From Sphaerochaetaceae bacterium (GTDB lineage Bacteria; Spirochaetota; Spirochaetia; Sphaerochaetales; Sphaerochaetaceae), in the NCBI GenBank assembly GCA_963677635.2, contig CAXXXN010000002.1, forward strand, positions 4,724 to 68,723: a stretch of DNA of 64,000 bases. The letters run 5' to 3'. This document shows, piece by piece, positions 1 through 9,138 of the stretch. The position numbers were made by a program, and so were the translations under genes. The notes below the pieces were generated by a model, which did no database searches, had not been told where the DNA came from, and saw only the letters and a program-made list of their open reading frames with translations. Positions within the stretch are counted from its first letter, which is position 1. Each line of letters opens with the position of its first letter.

Positions 1-1227
1 GCAACGATATTTCTAGTAAATGGATTATTAACTTCTCTGGCAGTAGGTTATAGTGTAATAGTTGCAAAAAATATAGGCTCTAAGAATTATAAAAGATCAA
101 GTTTAGCTTCAATTCAAGGACTATTAATAGCATTAATAATATCATTAATAATATTTACATTAATGCTTATATTAGGCCCTAATATACCATATATTCTAAA
201 AGCTGATATCTCAGTAGTAAAAGACTCTCAAGATTATATAAAATGGTTAACAATAGCTTTTATCCCACAAAGTATTATGATAATGAGTAGTGGAATATTA
301 AGAGCCTCTGGAAATACTAAAACACCATTCTTTGTTAATATAATAAATAATATAATAAATGTAGTATTAAATTATTTATTAATATTTCCATCAAAAGAAA
401 TAACAATATTTAATACCTCTTTTATATTAAAAAGAGCTAATTTAGGAGTACAAGGAGCTGCTATAGCTACTTGTACTTCAATAACTATATCTACTTTATT
501 AATATTATATTTATTAAAGAAAACAAAAGATAAAAGAATAAAACTTAAACTAATCAATCCATTAAAAATGGATTGGGATATAAACAAAAAAGCCTCAATA
601 TTAGCATTACCTAATGCATTTGAAAGATTCTCTCTATCTTTCGGGCAAATCCTTCTAACAGCTATTGTAACAACACTAGGGGTTAAAGCATTAGCTTCAC
701 ATTATCTAGCTATTCAAGCAGAATCAATAACTTATATGCCAACCTTTGGTTTTTCTACAGCAGCAACAACTCTTGTAGCTCAAGCAATAGGAGCAGAGAA
801 AATAGAATTAGCAAAGAAATATGCCAGAAACTCTCTTATAATGGGAACCATTACAATGAGTGTAGCTGGTATTTTCTTATTTCTTTTTTCTACGAATTTA
901 GTAAGTTTCTTTACAAATGATCAAGAAGTTATATTATCAGGTGCTCATTTACTTAGGATTGTTGCCATCTGTGAACCATTCTTTGGTTTATCTATGATGG
1001 TCTTTGGAATACTAAGAGGATCTGGAGATACAAAAAGGCCTTTTATTATAACAATAATAGGTATGTGGTGTATTCGATTACCTTTAGCATATATAGTTGT
1101 AAAATATACTAAATATGGTTTAAATGGAGCTTGGGCTGCTATGACTCTAGATTTAATAGTTAGAGGATTAATTAGTTATTCCATTTATAAAAAAGGTAAA
1201 TTCTTCAATAATAAAACTGATTTCTAA
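1..1227 (+). CDS. MATE family efflux transporter (5' end outside window)
   Basis: Frame 1 is open from base 1 into ORF 163..1227. The product is a polytopic hydrophobic protein with two MATE-type loops (LRASGNTKTPF, LRGSGDTKRPF). TAA stop. Confidence 0.8.
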   Translation, partial: ATIFLVNGLLTSLAVGYSVIVAKNIGSKNYKRSSLASIQGLLIALIISLIIFTLMLILGPNIPYILKADISVVKDSQDYIKWLTIAFIPQSIMIMSSGILRASGNTKTPFFVNIINNIINVVLNYLLIFPSKEITIFNTSFILKRANLGVQGAAIATCTSITISTLLILYLLKKTKDKRIKLKLINPLKMDWDINKKASILALPNAFERFSLSFGQILLTAIVTTLGVKALASHYLAIQAESITYMPTFGFSTAATTLVAQAIGAEKIELAKKYARNSLIMGTITMSVAGIFLFLFSTNLVSFFTNDQEVILSGAHLLRIVAICEPFFGLSMMVFGILRGSGDTKRPFIITIIGMWCIRLPLAYIVVKYTKYGLNGAWAAMTLDLIVRGLISYSIYKKGKFFNNKTDF

Positions 1228-1377
1228 GTTATTTTATTTTTATTATATTCTATCTTTCTAATAATTATTAATTATCAAATATTGTTAATTAATATTCTTT
1301 AACCAAATCAATTATTTATAAAAATTAGTTAAATATTTTTTGAATTATTAATTCTAAAAAATTTATAAAATTCTTTC

Positions 1378-1409
1378 TTGACAAACTTATTAAAAGACTT
1401 ATAATAAGT
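1378..1409 (+). promoter_or_regulatory. Sigma70-like promoter with embedded palindromic operator
   Basis: TTGACA (1378-1383), 16-nt spacer, TATAAT (1400-1405). The 13-bp palindrome ACTTATAATAAGT (1397-1409) overlaps the -10. The sequence is nearly identical to 3699-3730. Confidence 0.6.
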
Positions 1410-1437
1410 AAAAGATTAATACTTTGGAGGGCACTTA

Positions 1438-2559
1438 ATGCTAAAAGTTGGATTTGCATTTAATTTAAATATTCAAAGATGCGAAATTGAAGTTGGAGAA
1501 GAAAAACAAATAATTGATAAAGGTTATAAACCATTATTAGAATTATTTGAAAAATATAATATGAAAGCCAATTGGTTTGTTTCTGGGTACAGTTCAGAAA
1601 TAATTGAAAAAGAAGATAAATATTTTTTAAATAAAATTATTCAAGCTAAAGATAAAGTAATAAAATTAGGAACATATACTTATACTCATCCAATTCCTCA
1701 ATTATTAATAAAAGAAGAATTTGATCAACAAGTAAAAGTTGGTAAAGAATATGATAAAGCTAAATTAAAAGAAGATACTAAAGGATTCTTACCACCAGAA
1801 TTTGCTTATAGTAAAGAAATGGCTTCTGTTTTACATAATAATGGAATAGATTGGATTATAACCTTAGCTTCCCAAGTTGAGAAAAGTTATAAAGAAGCTA
1901 ATATTGAAGATGATCCTTATCAACCATGTATTTTAGATATTGGAGAAGGAAATACTCTAAAAGCTGTAGCTGCAGCATATGAATTACCTGATTGTCCTGC
2001 TAGATTCTTAAAATTAATGATGAAAGGGTTATTACCTGTTGATACAGTAATTGATGGAATTAAGAAATTCCATCTTGAACATCCAGATAAGTTCTTATTA
2101 TTCAAAAGAGATGGAGAAACTGTATTTATTGATTTCTTTAATAGTGGTTTTGAAAAAACATATGTAGTATTAGAAGAATTCTTATCAAAACTAAGTGCAT
2201 TAGACTTTGTTAAACCTGTATGGATTGAAGATGTTCTAGAAGCACAAGATAATTATCATACAATAAAATTAGAAGATTTCTTAGGTAATACTAAAATAGA
2301 AACTTTTACAGAAGGCGCTGCTAAACCTATATGGGATTTAACAATTGAAGTAAGAGATGCAATTCTTAAAGCTGAAGAAGAGAAGAGAGATCCACAACTT
2401 ATTAAAAAAGCTTGGCATCATTTATTATTATCACACAACTCAGATGGAAGAATTGGATACTGGTTTAGTAAATGGAATCCAGGAGAACATGAAGTTGCTC
2501 CTTCTAGAAGAAAGTTCTGTGAAGATAATTTAAAGGCTGCATTAGAAGTTTTAAAATAG
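1438..2559 (+). CDS. Hypothetical carbohydrate-active enzyme, GH57 / polysaccharide-deacetylase-like fold (weak)
   Basis: 373-aa ORF with RBS GGAGGG 7 nt upstream. The N-terminal beta-alpha pattern (KVGFAFNLN...ANWFVSGY) resembles GH57/deacetylase barrels. No catalytic motif is confidently identified. Confidence 0.3.
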   Translation: MLKVGFAFNLNIQRCEIEVGEEKQIIDKGYKPLLELFEKYNMKANWFVSGYSSEIIEKEDKYFLNKIIQAKDKVIKLGTYTYTHPIPQLLIKEEFDQQVKVGKEYDKAKLKEDTKGFLPPEFAYSKEMASVLHNNGIDWIITLASQVEKSYKEANIEDDPYQPCILDIGEGNTLKAVAAAYELPDCPARFLKLMMKGLLPVDTVIDGIKKFHLEHPDKFLLFKRDGETVFIDFFNSGFEKTYVVLEEFLSKLSALDFVKPVWIEDVLEAQDNYHTIKLEDFLGNTKIETFTEGAAKPIWDLTIEVRDAILKAEEEKRDPQLIKKAWHHLLLSHNSDGRIGYWFSKWNPGEHEVAPSRRKFCEDNLKAALEVLK

Positions 2560-2585
2560 AAAATTAGTTTATTATTGTTAGTTTG

Positions 2586-2620
2586 TTAATATAAGGAACT
2601 TGATAAGTTCCTTATATTAA
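2586..2620 (+). terminator. Rho-independent terminator-like hairpin
   Basis: Perfect 16-bp stem: TTAATATAAGGAACTT, loop gat, AAGTTCCTTATATTAA. It lies just after the 2559 stop. Confidence 0.6.
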
Positions 2621-2731
2621 TGCTCTTTGAGATTAACAATAATGATTTTCATGTTATTAATTATTAGTATTATATTTTTTTAAATATATATTTTATATTC
2701 ATTTATAAAGATTAAATTAAGGGAAACTATA

Positions 2732-3655
2732 ATGAGTGGGAAGAAAATCTTAATCTATGCCATTAGTGCAAATTTAATTTGGAGTACAGCTTTCCTCTTT
2801 GGAAAGATATGTTTAGAAGTTTTCCCTCCAATAATGCTTGCAGGTCTTAGATGTTTAATTGCAGCTTTAATGATTTATATCTTTATAAGAAGAAATCCTT
2901 TTAAATCCCTTAAAGGGAATTTAGGGTATATTATATTATTAGCTTTAGTAAATCCTTTTATTGGATTTACAATATATAATATTGGATTGAATTATTTACC
3001 AGGTTCTTATGTTGCGATGTTAAAAGGGAGTTCTCCTGCTTTTATAGTAATAGTTGCTACATTATTTATAAAAGATGAACATTTGACAAAGAAGAGTCTT
3101 TTGAGTTTAGGCTTAGGCCTTTTAGGAGTAGTAATACTTTCCTTATCTAAAACTTCTAATACAGATGTAATAAACAATACATTTATTATTGGAATAGTTT
3201 TATTAGTTTTGAGTAATTTTGCTAATGCTTTTGGTACTGTAATGATGAAAAAGAGGGTTAACATCAATCAAATATTAGATGTTAATGTTGTAATTAATTT
3301 AATAGGAGGAGTTTTAATAATAATATTATCCTTTTTCTTAGATGAAAAAGTAAATTATAATGAAATAAGTTCAAAGTTAATTTTTTCTCTTATTTATTTA
3401 TCTTTCATAACAGCTGGAGGTAGCTGTTTATGGAATACTATTGTAACTCATGAAGGAGTTAGTTTAAACGATATTAGTATTTGGAATTTTTTAATACCAG
3501 CTATGGGAGCCTTATTAAGTTGGCTATTTATAGATGGGGATACTCCTAATGTAATATCAGTAATTTGCCTGTTATTGGTTGTTTTATCAATTCTAATATC
3601 AGTATTAGATTTTTCAAATAAAACAAATAAAAAAAGAGAAAAGTTAGTCGGTTAA
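2732..3655 (+). CDS. DMT superfamily (EamA-like) transporter
   Basis: 307 aa with about 10 predicted TM helices in two similar halves, typical of EamA duplication. Confidence 0.7.
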   Translation: MSGKKILIYAISANLIWSTAFLFGKICLEVFPPIMLAGLRCLIAALMIYIFIRRNPFKSLKGNLGYIILLALVNPFIGFTIYNIGLNYLPGSYVAMLKGSSPAFIVIVATLFIKDEHLTKKSLLSLGLGLLGVVILSLSKTSNTDVINNTFIIGIVLLVLSNFANAFGTVMMKKRVNINQILDVNVVINLIGGVLIIILSFFLDEKVNYNEISSKLIFSLIYLSFITAGGSCLWNTIVTHEGVSLNDISIWNFLIPAMGALLSWLFIDGDTPNVISVICLLLVVLSILISVLDFSNKTNKKREKLVG

Positions 3656-3698
3656 AAATAAGAGTAATTTTCATAGTTGTTTCAAGTTAATTATTTTC

Positions 3699-3730
3699 TT
3701 GACAAACTTATGATAAGTCTTATAATAAGT
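3699..3730 (+). promoter_or_regulatory. Sigma70-like promoter with two overlapping palindromic operator sites
   Basis: TTGACA (3699-3704), 16-nt spacer, TATAAT (3721-3726). Palindromes are ACTTATGATAAGT (3706-3718) and CTTATAATAAG (3719-3729). Same core as 1378-1409. Confidence 0.6.
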
Positions 3731-3784
3731 ATAACAAAATGATTTTTATGCATTACTGTATGAAAATTAAACGGAGGTTTTTGT

Positions 3785-5065
3785 ATGAAGAAAAGAATTT
3801 TTGCGATTGTATTAGGATGTTTATTAATATTTAATTTGGCACCTATTTTTGCAAATGGAGAAAAAGAAGTAAAAGAGGATGGAGTTACTGAAATAGTTTA
3901 TTGGCAGTATTTTTATGAAACTAAGAAAAATCTCATGGATGAATTAATTAGTGAATTTGAAGCTGCTAATCCAGATATTAAAGTTACTCAACAAACTTTC
4001 CCTTATGCAGATTATAATACAAAAGTTGCAGCATCTGTTCCTAGTGGAAAAGGACCAAACGTAATTAACTTATATTATGGATGGCTTCCAACTTATGTTT
4101 CAGCTGGTTATTTACAACCATTAAGTGGAGATGATTTTACTCCAGCTAAAATTGAAAGTGAATTTTTCCCTTTGGTTAAAGCTGCTAAATTTGATGGTAG
4201 TTATTATGCTCTTCCAACAGCAGTTAGATCTTTAGCTATGTTCTATAACAAAGACCTATTAGCTGAAGGTGGTTATAGTGAAGCTCCTAAAACTTGGGAT
4301 GAAGCTGTAAAGATGGGTATGGATTTATCAAAATTTGATAAAAATGGTAATTTCTTACAAATTGGTTTAGGAATTAACTTAGATAACCAATTCCACCATG
4401 TAATTAGAGAAGTACTAAATAGACAAATGGGAACAGCTCCTTATAATGAAGATTCAACAAAAGTCCTTTATAATAACCAAGCTGGTTATGATGCAATGAA
4501 ATTTGTAACTGATTTAGAATTAGTTCAAAAAACTGGTCGTCAAGGATTTATGGAAGATGATAGAACTGCATTTAAAGCAGGAACTTGTGCTATGTTTGTA
4601 AGTGGTTCTTTTGCTCTAGGTACACTTGATAGTGTTAAAGAATTAAATTATGGAACTGCTGAACTTCCTACAATGAATGGTATTCAATCAAACTTTGCTT
4701 CCTTCTGGGCAAATGGTATTACTAGCTTTACTGAAGGTAAAGAATTAGAAGCTTCTAAGAAGTTCTTAAAATTCTTAACAAGTGAAGATGTAATGAAACG
4801 TTGGTTAACAGCAATTGGTGAATTACCAGCAAATCAAGAATTAGGTCTATCACAAGAAATTGCTAATGATCCTAAATATGGTCCTTTTGTAAGAGGCTTA
4901 GAATATGCTCATGCAACAGTATTCTATGATGAATCTGCTCAAAAGAGTGCAATGTTTGATGCATATAATAGAATTGTTTTAGAAGGTATGGATGTTAAAG
5001 AATCTGTTGATATCTGTGCAAAAGAAGAACAAGCTGTTATCGATAAATACTTTAGTAACAAATAG
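3785..5065 (+). CDS. ABC transporter solute-binding protein, sugar type (family 1)
   Basis: Signal peptide ending IFANG. About 400-aa mature protein with the typical SBP_bac_1 pattern (YWQYF..., NLYYGW, LPxxxR). It is followed by two MalF/MalG-type permeases. Confidence 0.85.
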   Translation: MKKRIFAIVLGCLLIFNLAPIFANGEKEVKEDGVTEIVYWQYFYETKKNLMDELISEFEAANPDIKVTQQTFPYADYNTKVAASVPSGKGPNVINLYYGWLPTYVSAGYLQPLSGDDFTPAKIESEFFPLVKAAKFDGSYYALPTAVRSLAMFYNKDLLAEGGYSEAPKTWDEAVKMGMDLSKFDKNGNFLQIGLGINLDNQFHHVIREVLNRQMGTAPYNEDSTKVLYNNQAGYDAMKFVTDLELVQKTGRQGFMEDDRTAFKAGTCAMFVSGSFALGTLDSVKELNYGTAELPTMNGIQSNFASFWANGITSFTEGKELEASKKFLKFLTSEDVMKRWLTAIGELPANQELGLSQEIANDPKYGPFVRGLEYAHATVFYDESAQKSAMFDAYNRIVLEGMDVKESVDICAKEEQAVIDKYFSNK

Positions 5066-5077
5066 TATGTTAATATT

Positions 5078-5103
5078 TATAGCAGGAGATATCTCCTGCT
5101 ATA
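5078..5103 (+). terminator. Intra-operon hairpin after the binding-protein gene (attenuator or mRNA stabiliser)
   Basis: Perfect 26-bp palindrome TATAGCAGGAGAT/ATCTCCTGCTATA, 13 nt after the stop. Confidence 0.5.
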
Positions 5104-5138
5104 TATTTAGTAACTTTATATAAATAGGATGTTAACAT

Positions 5139-6041
5139 ATGAAAAATAGAATACCGAAGGGTACTTTAGCAAGAGAAAAAGAGAAATGGGCTTATTTGTT
5201 TATTCTTGTTCCTGTTATCTTTTACCTCTTAGTAAGATTTCTTCCAACTATTTATGCTTTTTATCTCTCTTTCACAGATTGGGATATTATTAGCTCCAGT
5301 GCTAACTGGATTGGTTTAAGTAATTATAAGAAGTTATTTTCAGATAAAATATTTTACAAGACTTTATCAAATACTTTTTATTATGTTCTTTATGGATTGC
5401 CTATAAGTATCTTTATTGGTTTTGTCTTAGCTTATAATATCGATAAAGTTAAAATTGGTAGTGGTTTATTTAAAACTGTTTATTTCATGCCTTATATTAC
5501 TTCTATGGTAGCAGTGGCTTGGGTTTGGAGATGGCTTTTCCAACCTGCACCAATTGGTGTCTTTAATAATATCTTAATGTCTATGGGTTTCCCTATGCAA
5601 GAATTTCTTAATTCTGTTCAACAATCAAAAGGTTGTATTTTAGCTGCAACAATTTGGAGTGGTGTAGGTTTTCAGATGATTATTTTTATGGCTGGATTAA
5701 AAGGTATTTCAAAGCAATATTATGAAGCAGCTGAAATTGATGGAGCTTCTTCTTTTAATGTACTAAGATATATCACTCTTCCTTTGCTTAGGAATTCATT
5801 TATATTCCTTTTAATTACTGGAACAATTAGATTTTTAAGAATTTTTACTCAAGTTGTTAATATGACACGTGCCTCTGGAGGTGGACCATTAAATTCTGCA
5901 AAACCTCTTGTATTATATATTTATGATACTGCCTTTAGAAGTTTTGATATGGGATATGCTTCAGCATTAACTGTAATATTATTTTTGATAATACTCTTAA
6001 TTACGCTGATACAAATGAGGGTAACTAGAAATGAAAAATAA
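5139..6041 (+). CDS. Carbohydrate ABC transporter permease (MalF-like)
   Basis: 6 TM helices and an EAA loop (YYEAAEIDGASSFNVLRYITLPLL). Confidence 0.9.
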   Translation: MKNRIPKGTLAREKEKWAYLFILVPVIFYLLVRFLPTIYAFYLSFTDWDIISSSANWIGLSNYKKLFSDKIFYKTLSNTFYYVLYGLPISIFIGFVLAYNIDKVKIGSGLFKTVYFMPYITSMVAVAWVWRWLFQPAPIGVFNNILMSMGFPMQEFLNSVQQSKGCILAATIWSGVGFQMIIFMAGLKGISKQYYEAAEIDGASSFNVLRYITLPLLRNSFIFLLITGTIRFLRIFTQVVNMTRASGGGPLNSAKPLVLYIYDTAFRSFDMGYASALTVILFLIILLITLIQMRVTRNEK

Positions 6042-6849
6042 TAAAGTTAGTGATAAAATTAGATATGTAATATTGTTTGTTTTTGGTTTATTAATGCTAT
6101 TCCCATTTGTATGGATGCTTAGTACTTCAATTAAACAAGGTAGAGAAGTTTATAGTTTATCTTTATTGGTTAAAAGCCCTTCAATTGCAAACTATACTAG
6201 ATTATTTTCAAGTAGTTATTTTGTTCGTTGGTTTTTAAATTCATTTATTGCTGGGACCATTGTTACTTGTTCAATATTATTTTTTGACTCTTTAATGGGC
6301 TATACTTTTGCAAAGCATAATTTTAGAGGGAAAAAGTTAATTTTTATTTTAGTTCTATCAACAATGATGATTCCTACTGAAATGCTTGTTATCCCATGGT
6401 ATTTAATTTCTTCTAAATTTAATTGGGTTGATACTTATTGGGGAATTGTATTTCCAGGATTAATGACAGGTTTTGGTACATTCTTAATGAGACAGTTCTT
6501 TGATACTTTACCTGATGATCTTTTTGATGCAGGAAGAATTGATGGTATGAATGAATTTACTATTTGGGCTCAAATTGGAATTCCTTTAGTAAAAGCTGCT
6601 CTTTCTGCTTTAGCAATATTTAGCTTTGTTGGTAACTGGAATGCGTTCTTATGGCCATTAATTGTTTCAAGTGAAACTCATATGTATACACTCCCTGTTG
6701 GTTTGGCTCTATTTAATGGAGAATTTGCAACAGAATGGGAAATGATTATGACTGGAGCATCTGTTGCAACTATACCAGTTATTATAGTTTACATCATTTT
6801 CCAACGTCAGATTATTGAAGGAATAGCTTTAACAGGAGTTAAAGGATAA
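6031..6849 (+). CDS. Carbohydrate ABC transporter permease (MalG-like)
   Basis: EAA loop (LFDAGRIDGMNEFTIWAQIGIPL). It overlaps the previous gene by 11 nt. Confidence 0.9.
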   Translation: MKNNKVSDKIRYVILFVFGLLMLFPFVWMLSTSIKQGREVYSLSLLVKSPSIANYTRLFSSSYFVRWFLNSFIAGTIVTCSILFFDSLMGYTFAKHNFRGKKLIFILVLSTMMIPTEMLVIPWYLISSKFNWVDTYWGIVFPGLMTGFGTFLMRQFFDTLPDDLFDAGRIDGMNEFTIWAQIGIPLVKAALSALAIFSFVGNWNAFLWPLIVSSETHMYTLPVGLALFNGEFATEWEMIMTGASVATIPVIIVYIIFQRQIIEGIALTGVKG

Positions 6850-6869
6850 ATCTAAGAAAGGAGAAAAAA

Positions 6870-7802
6870 ATGATTCAAGGAATACCCGTTTTTGATTTAC
6901 ATTGCCACTTCCCAGTAGCAGGAGATTATTTCCCTGATTATCCAAAATTTGGAAAGGTTGATTTTGGTAAAGCCAGAATCGAAGGATTTGAAGCAAGAAA
7001 TTATGGGGAGGTTTGGAGAAAAGCATATAATTTTCCAAAACCAGAACCATCCGATGAAGATGATGCTGTTATGGCAGATAAATGGATAAAAGATATTGGT
7101 GCTAAGCAAATAGAAAAAATTGGGTGGACAAGTGGGGGAGGCAATGACAGATTAGAAAAGATTTGTAAAATGTACCCTGACAGATTCTATGGATTTGCTC
7201 ATCATCATCCTGATAGTGAAAATGCAGTTGAAGTTTTAGAAAAAGCTTTTAAAGAACAAAATATGATTGCTTATAAAATTCTAGGACCTATGGTACCAAC
7301 TGATTTAAGTGATAAAAAATATTATCCTCTTTGGGAAGTTTGTCAAAAATATGATAAACCTGTTTTAATTCACTTTGGACTTTTAGGAGCAGCAGGTGGA
7401 ACCCCAGCTGGCATAAACTTAAGTCCATATGCTATTGCTGATGTATCAAAAAAATTTCCTCATGTTAAATTTATAGTTCCGCATTTTGGTTGTACTTATA
7501 TGGAAGATTTACTTCAATTGATGTGGACTAGAGATAATATCTGGGTTGATACTTCAGGATCTAATCAATGGATAAGATGGATGTCTTATAGATTAAGTTT
7601 AGAAGATGTTCAAAGAAAGTTTGTAGAAACCGTCGGGCCAAGTAGAATTATATTCTCAACTGATTCAAGTTGGATGCCAAGAGGTTTTGCATATATCTAT
7701 TTAGAAGAACAACATAAAAACTTCAGATTTCTAAATTTGAATGATAATGAATTACATATGATATTCCATAAAAATGCAGAATATTTGACTGGTTTAATTT
7801 AA
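6870..7802 (+). CDS. Amidohydrolase-2 family metal-dependent hydrolase
   Basis: N-terminal FDLHCHFP, internal VLIHFG and VPHFG, and C-terminal IIFSTDSSW. These match the TIM-barrel amidohydrolase ligand pattern. Confidence 0.6.
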   Translation: MIQGIPVFDLHCHFPVAGDYFPDYPKFGKVDFGKARIEGFEARNYGEVWRKAYNFPKPEPSDEDDAVMADKWIKDIGAKQIEKIGWTSGGGNDRLEKICKMYPDRFYGFAHHHPDSENAVEVLEKAFKEQNMIAYKILGPMVPTDLSDKKYYPLWEVCQKYDKPVLIHFGLLGAAGGTPAGINLSPYAIADVSKKFPHVKFIVPHFGCTYMEDLLQLMWTRDNIWVDTSGSNQWIRWMSYRLSLEDVQRKFVETVGPSRIIFSTDSSWMPRGFAYIYLEEQHKNFRFLNLNDNELHMIFHKNAEYLTGLI

Positions 7803-7818
7803 AGATTTTTATTATAAT

Positions 7819-7855
7819 TTATAGCATACCTAATTGTTTTTTAGATATGCTATAA
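7819..7855 (+). terminator. Terminator-like hairpin
   Basis: TTATAGCATA ... TATGCTATAA, a 10-bp stem with a T-rich loop, 17 nt after the stop. Confidence 0.45.
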
Positions 7856-7944
7856 TTAATTATTTTAAAGAGAAATAACATATATTATAATTAATAAATA
7901 TTTTATTAATTTATGTATTTTTTATATTGTTGAGGGGCTAATTA

Positions 7945-9138
7945 TTGAAAAAACTAACAAATACAATGGACATAAGAGTTTCTAATGCTATTTCAATTTT
8001 ACAAATGTTAAGGCATCAAATTCCAAAAACAAAATCTCAAATAGCTAGTGATACTGGGTTGAGTTTTTCTTCCGCTTCAAATATAGCTACTATTCTAATT
8101 GACAAAGGGCTACTTCAAATTGATGAAAACTCTTTATCTACCGGTGGTAGAAAAGCCGCTTGTTTAAGTTTTAATGGTAATTTTGCTTATTCAATTGTTA
8201 TTGATCTTCATGATTTACGAACAGGGTATCTTGGCCTTGTTAATATGAACAGTGAAATAATAAAAACAATTTCTTTTGAAATTAAATCAAATGATACTTT
8301 AGATGATATTCTATTAAAAATATCAAAAGCTAATGACAATTTAATGAGGGATGTTTCAACCCCTATCATTGGTGTTTGTTGTGCAATAGCTGCAGTCTTT
8401 TTAGAAAATTCAAATATAGTTCTCTCTTGTTCAAATCCTGTTTTTGAAGGAATAAACATAGTTTCAATATTAAAAGATCTTTTTCATAATGATTTTGTTG
8501 TTGTTGAAAATGATGCAAACCTTTCTATTCTTGCTCAAGGTAATAATGACACAACTTCTACTAGTAAAATAAGTATCTTTTTAACACAAGGTGTTGGAAT
8601 GGGTATTATGATACATAACCAACTTTATAAAGGTAAAGATGGAATAGCTGGTGAATTGGGTCATATGAAAGTAAGAGGGGATAGTAGAAAGTGTAAATGT
8701 GGCCACTATGGTTGTTTAAGATTGTTTGTGCCTCTTGAATCTATTGCTTATGATTTAAATGAAATAGAATTATTAGAAAATGGCCTTTCAAATCTTGAAT
8801 ATGCTAAACAACTAGCAATTCGCTATAATGATAATGAAGTTGAAGTAGTTCAAAGAATTGAATTGGCAAAACAAAAGCTTGGTGAAGCTTTAGCTGTTCT
8901 CCTTGATATTTTTAATCCAGATGAATTTATAATTTGTGGAAATATGGTAGAATTATTTCCTATCTTTGATAATGGTGTTAAAGATATTTGTAGAAATAAT
9001 TCTAAACTTGCAAAACCTTTTGATTCAAAAATAAGCTTTGATACTAGAACTCCAAGTCAATTAATGCAAATTGGAGGAAGTGAAAGATTATTTACTTCTT
9101 GGTTACAAAATGGTTTTGAAAGCTATATTTCAAATTAA
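7945..9138 (+). CDS. ROK family transcriptional regulator
   Basis: TTG start with GAGGGG RBS 7 nt upstream. It has an N-terminal wHTH and the ROK signature GELGHMKV...CKCGHYGCL zinc motif. Confidence 0.85.
   Translation: MKKLTNTMDIRVSNAISILQMLRHQIPKTKSQIASDTGLSFSSASNIATILIDKGLLQIDENSLSTGGRKAACLSFNGNFAYSIVIDLHDLRTGYLGLVNMNSEIIKTISFEIKSNDTLDDILLKISKANDNLMRDVSTPIIGVCCAIAAVFLENSNIVLSCSNPVFEGINIVSILKDLFHNDFVVVENDANLSILAQGNNDTTSTSKISIFLTQGVGMGIMIHNQLYKGKDGIAGELGHMKVRGDSRKCKCGHYGCLRLFVPLESIAYDLNEIELLENGLSNLEYAKQLAIRYNDNEVEVVQRIELAKQKLGEALAVLLDIFNPDEFIICGNMVELFPIFDNGVKDICRNNSKLAKPFDSKISFDTRTPSQLMQIGGSERLFTSWLQNGFESYISN

Noticed and set aside
9092-9138. The ROK regulator and the phosphohexomutase genes converge and overlap by 47 bp. 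This could hint at antisense regulation or a mis-assembled junction.
   Set aside because: Both C-termini read through cleanly to their own stops and no repeat or discontinuity is visible. Overlapping convergent ends occur in compact genomes. There is no further evidence for a regulatory role.
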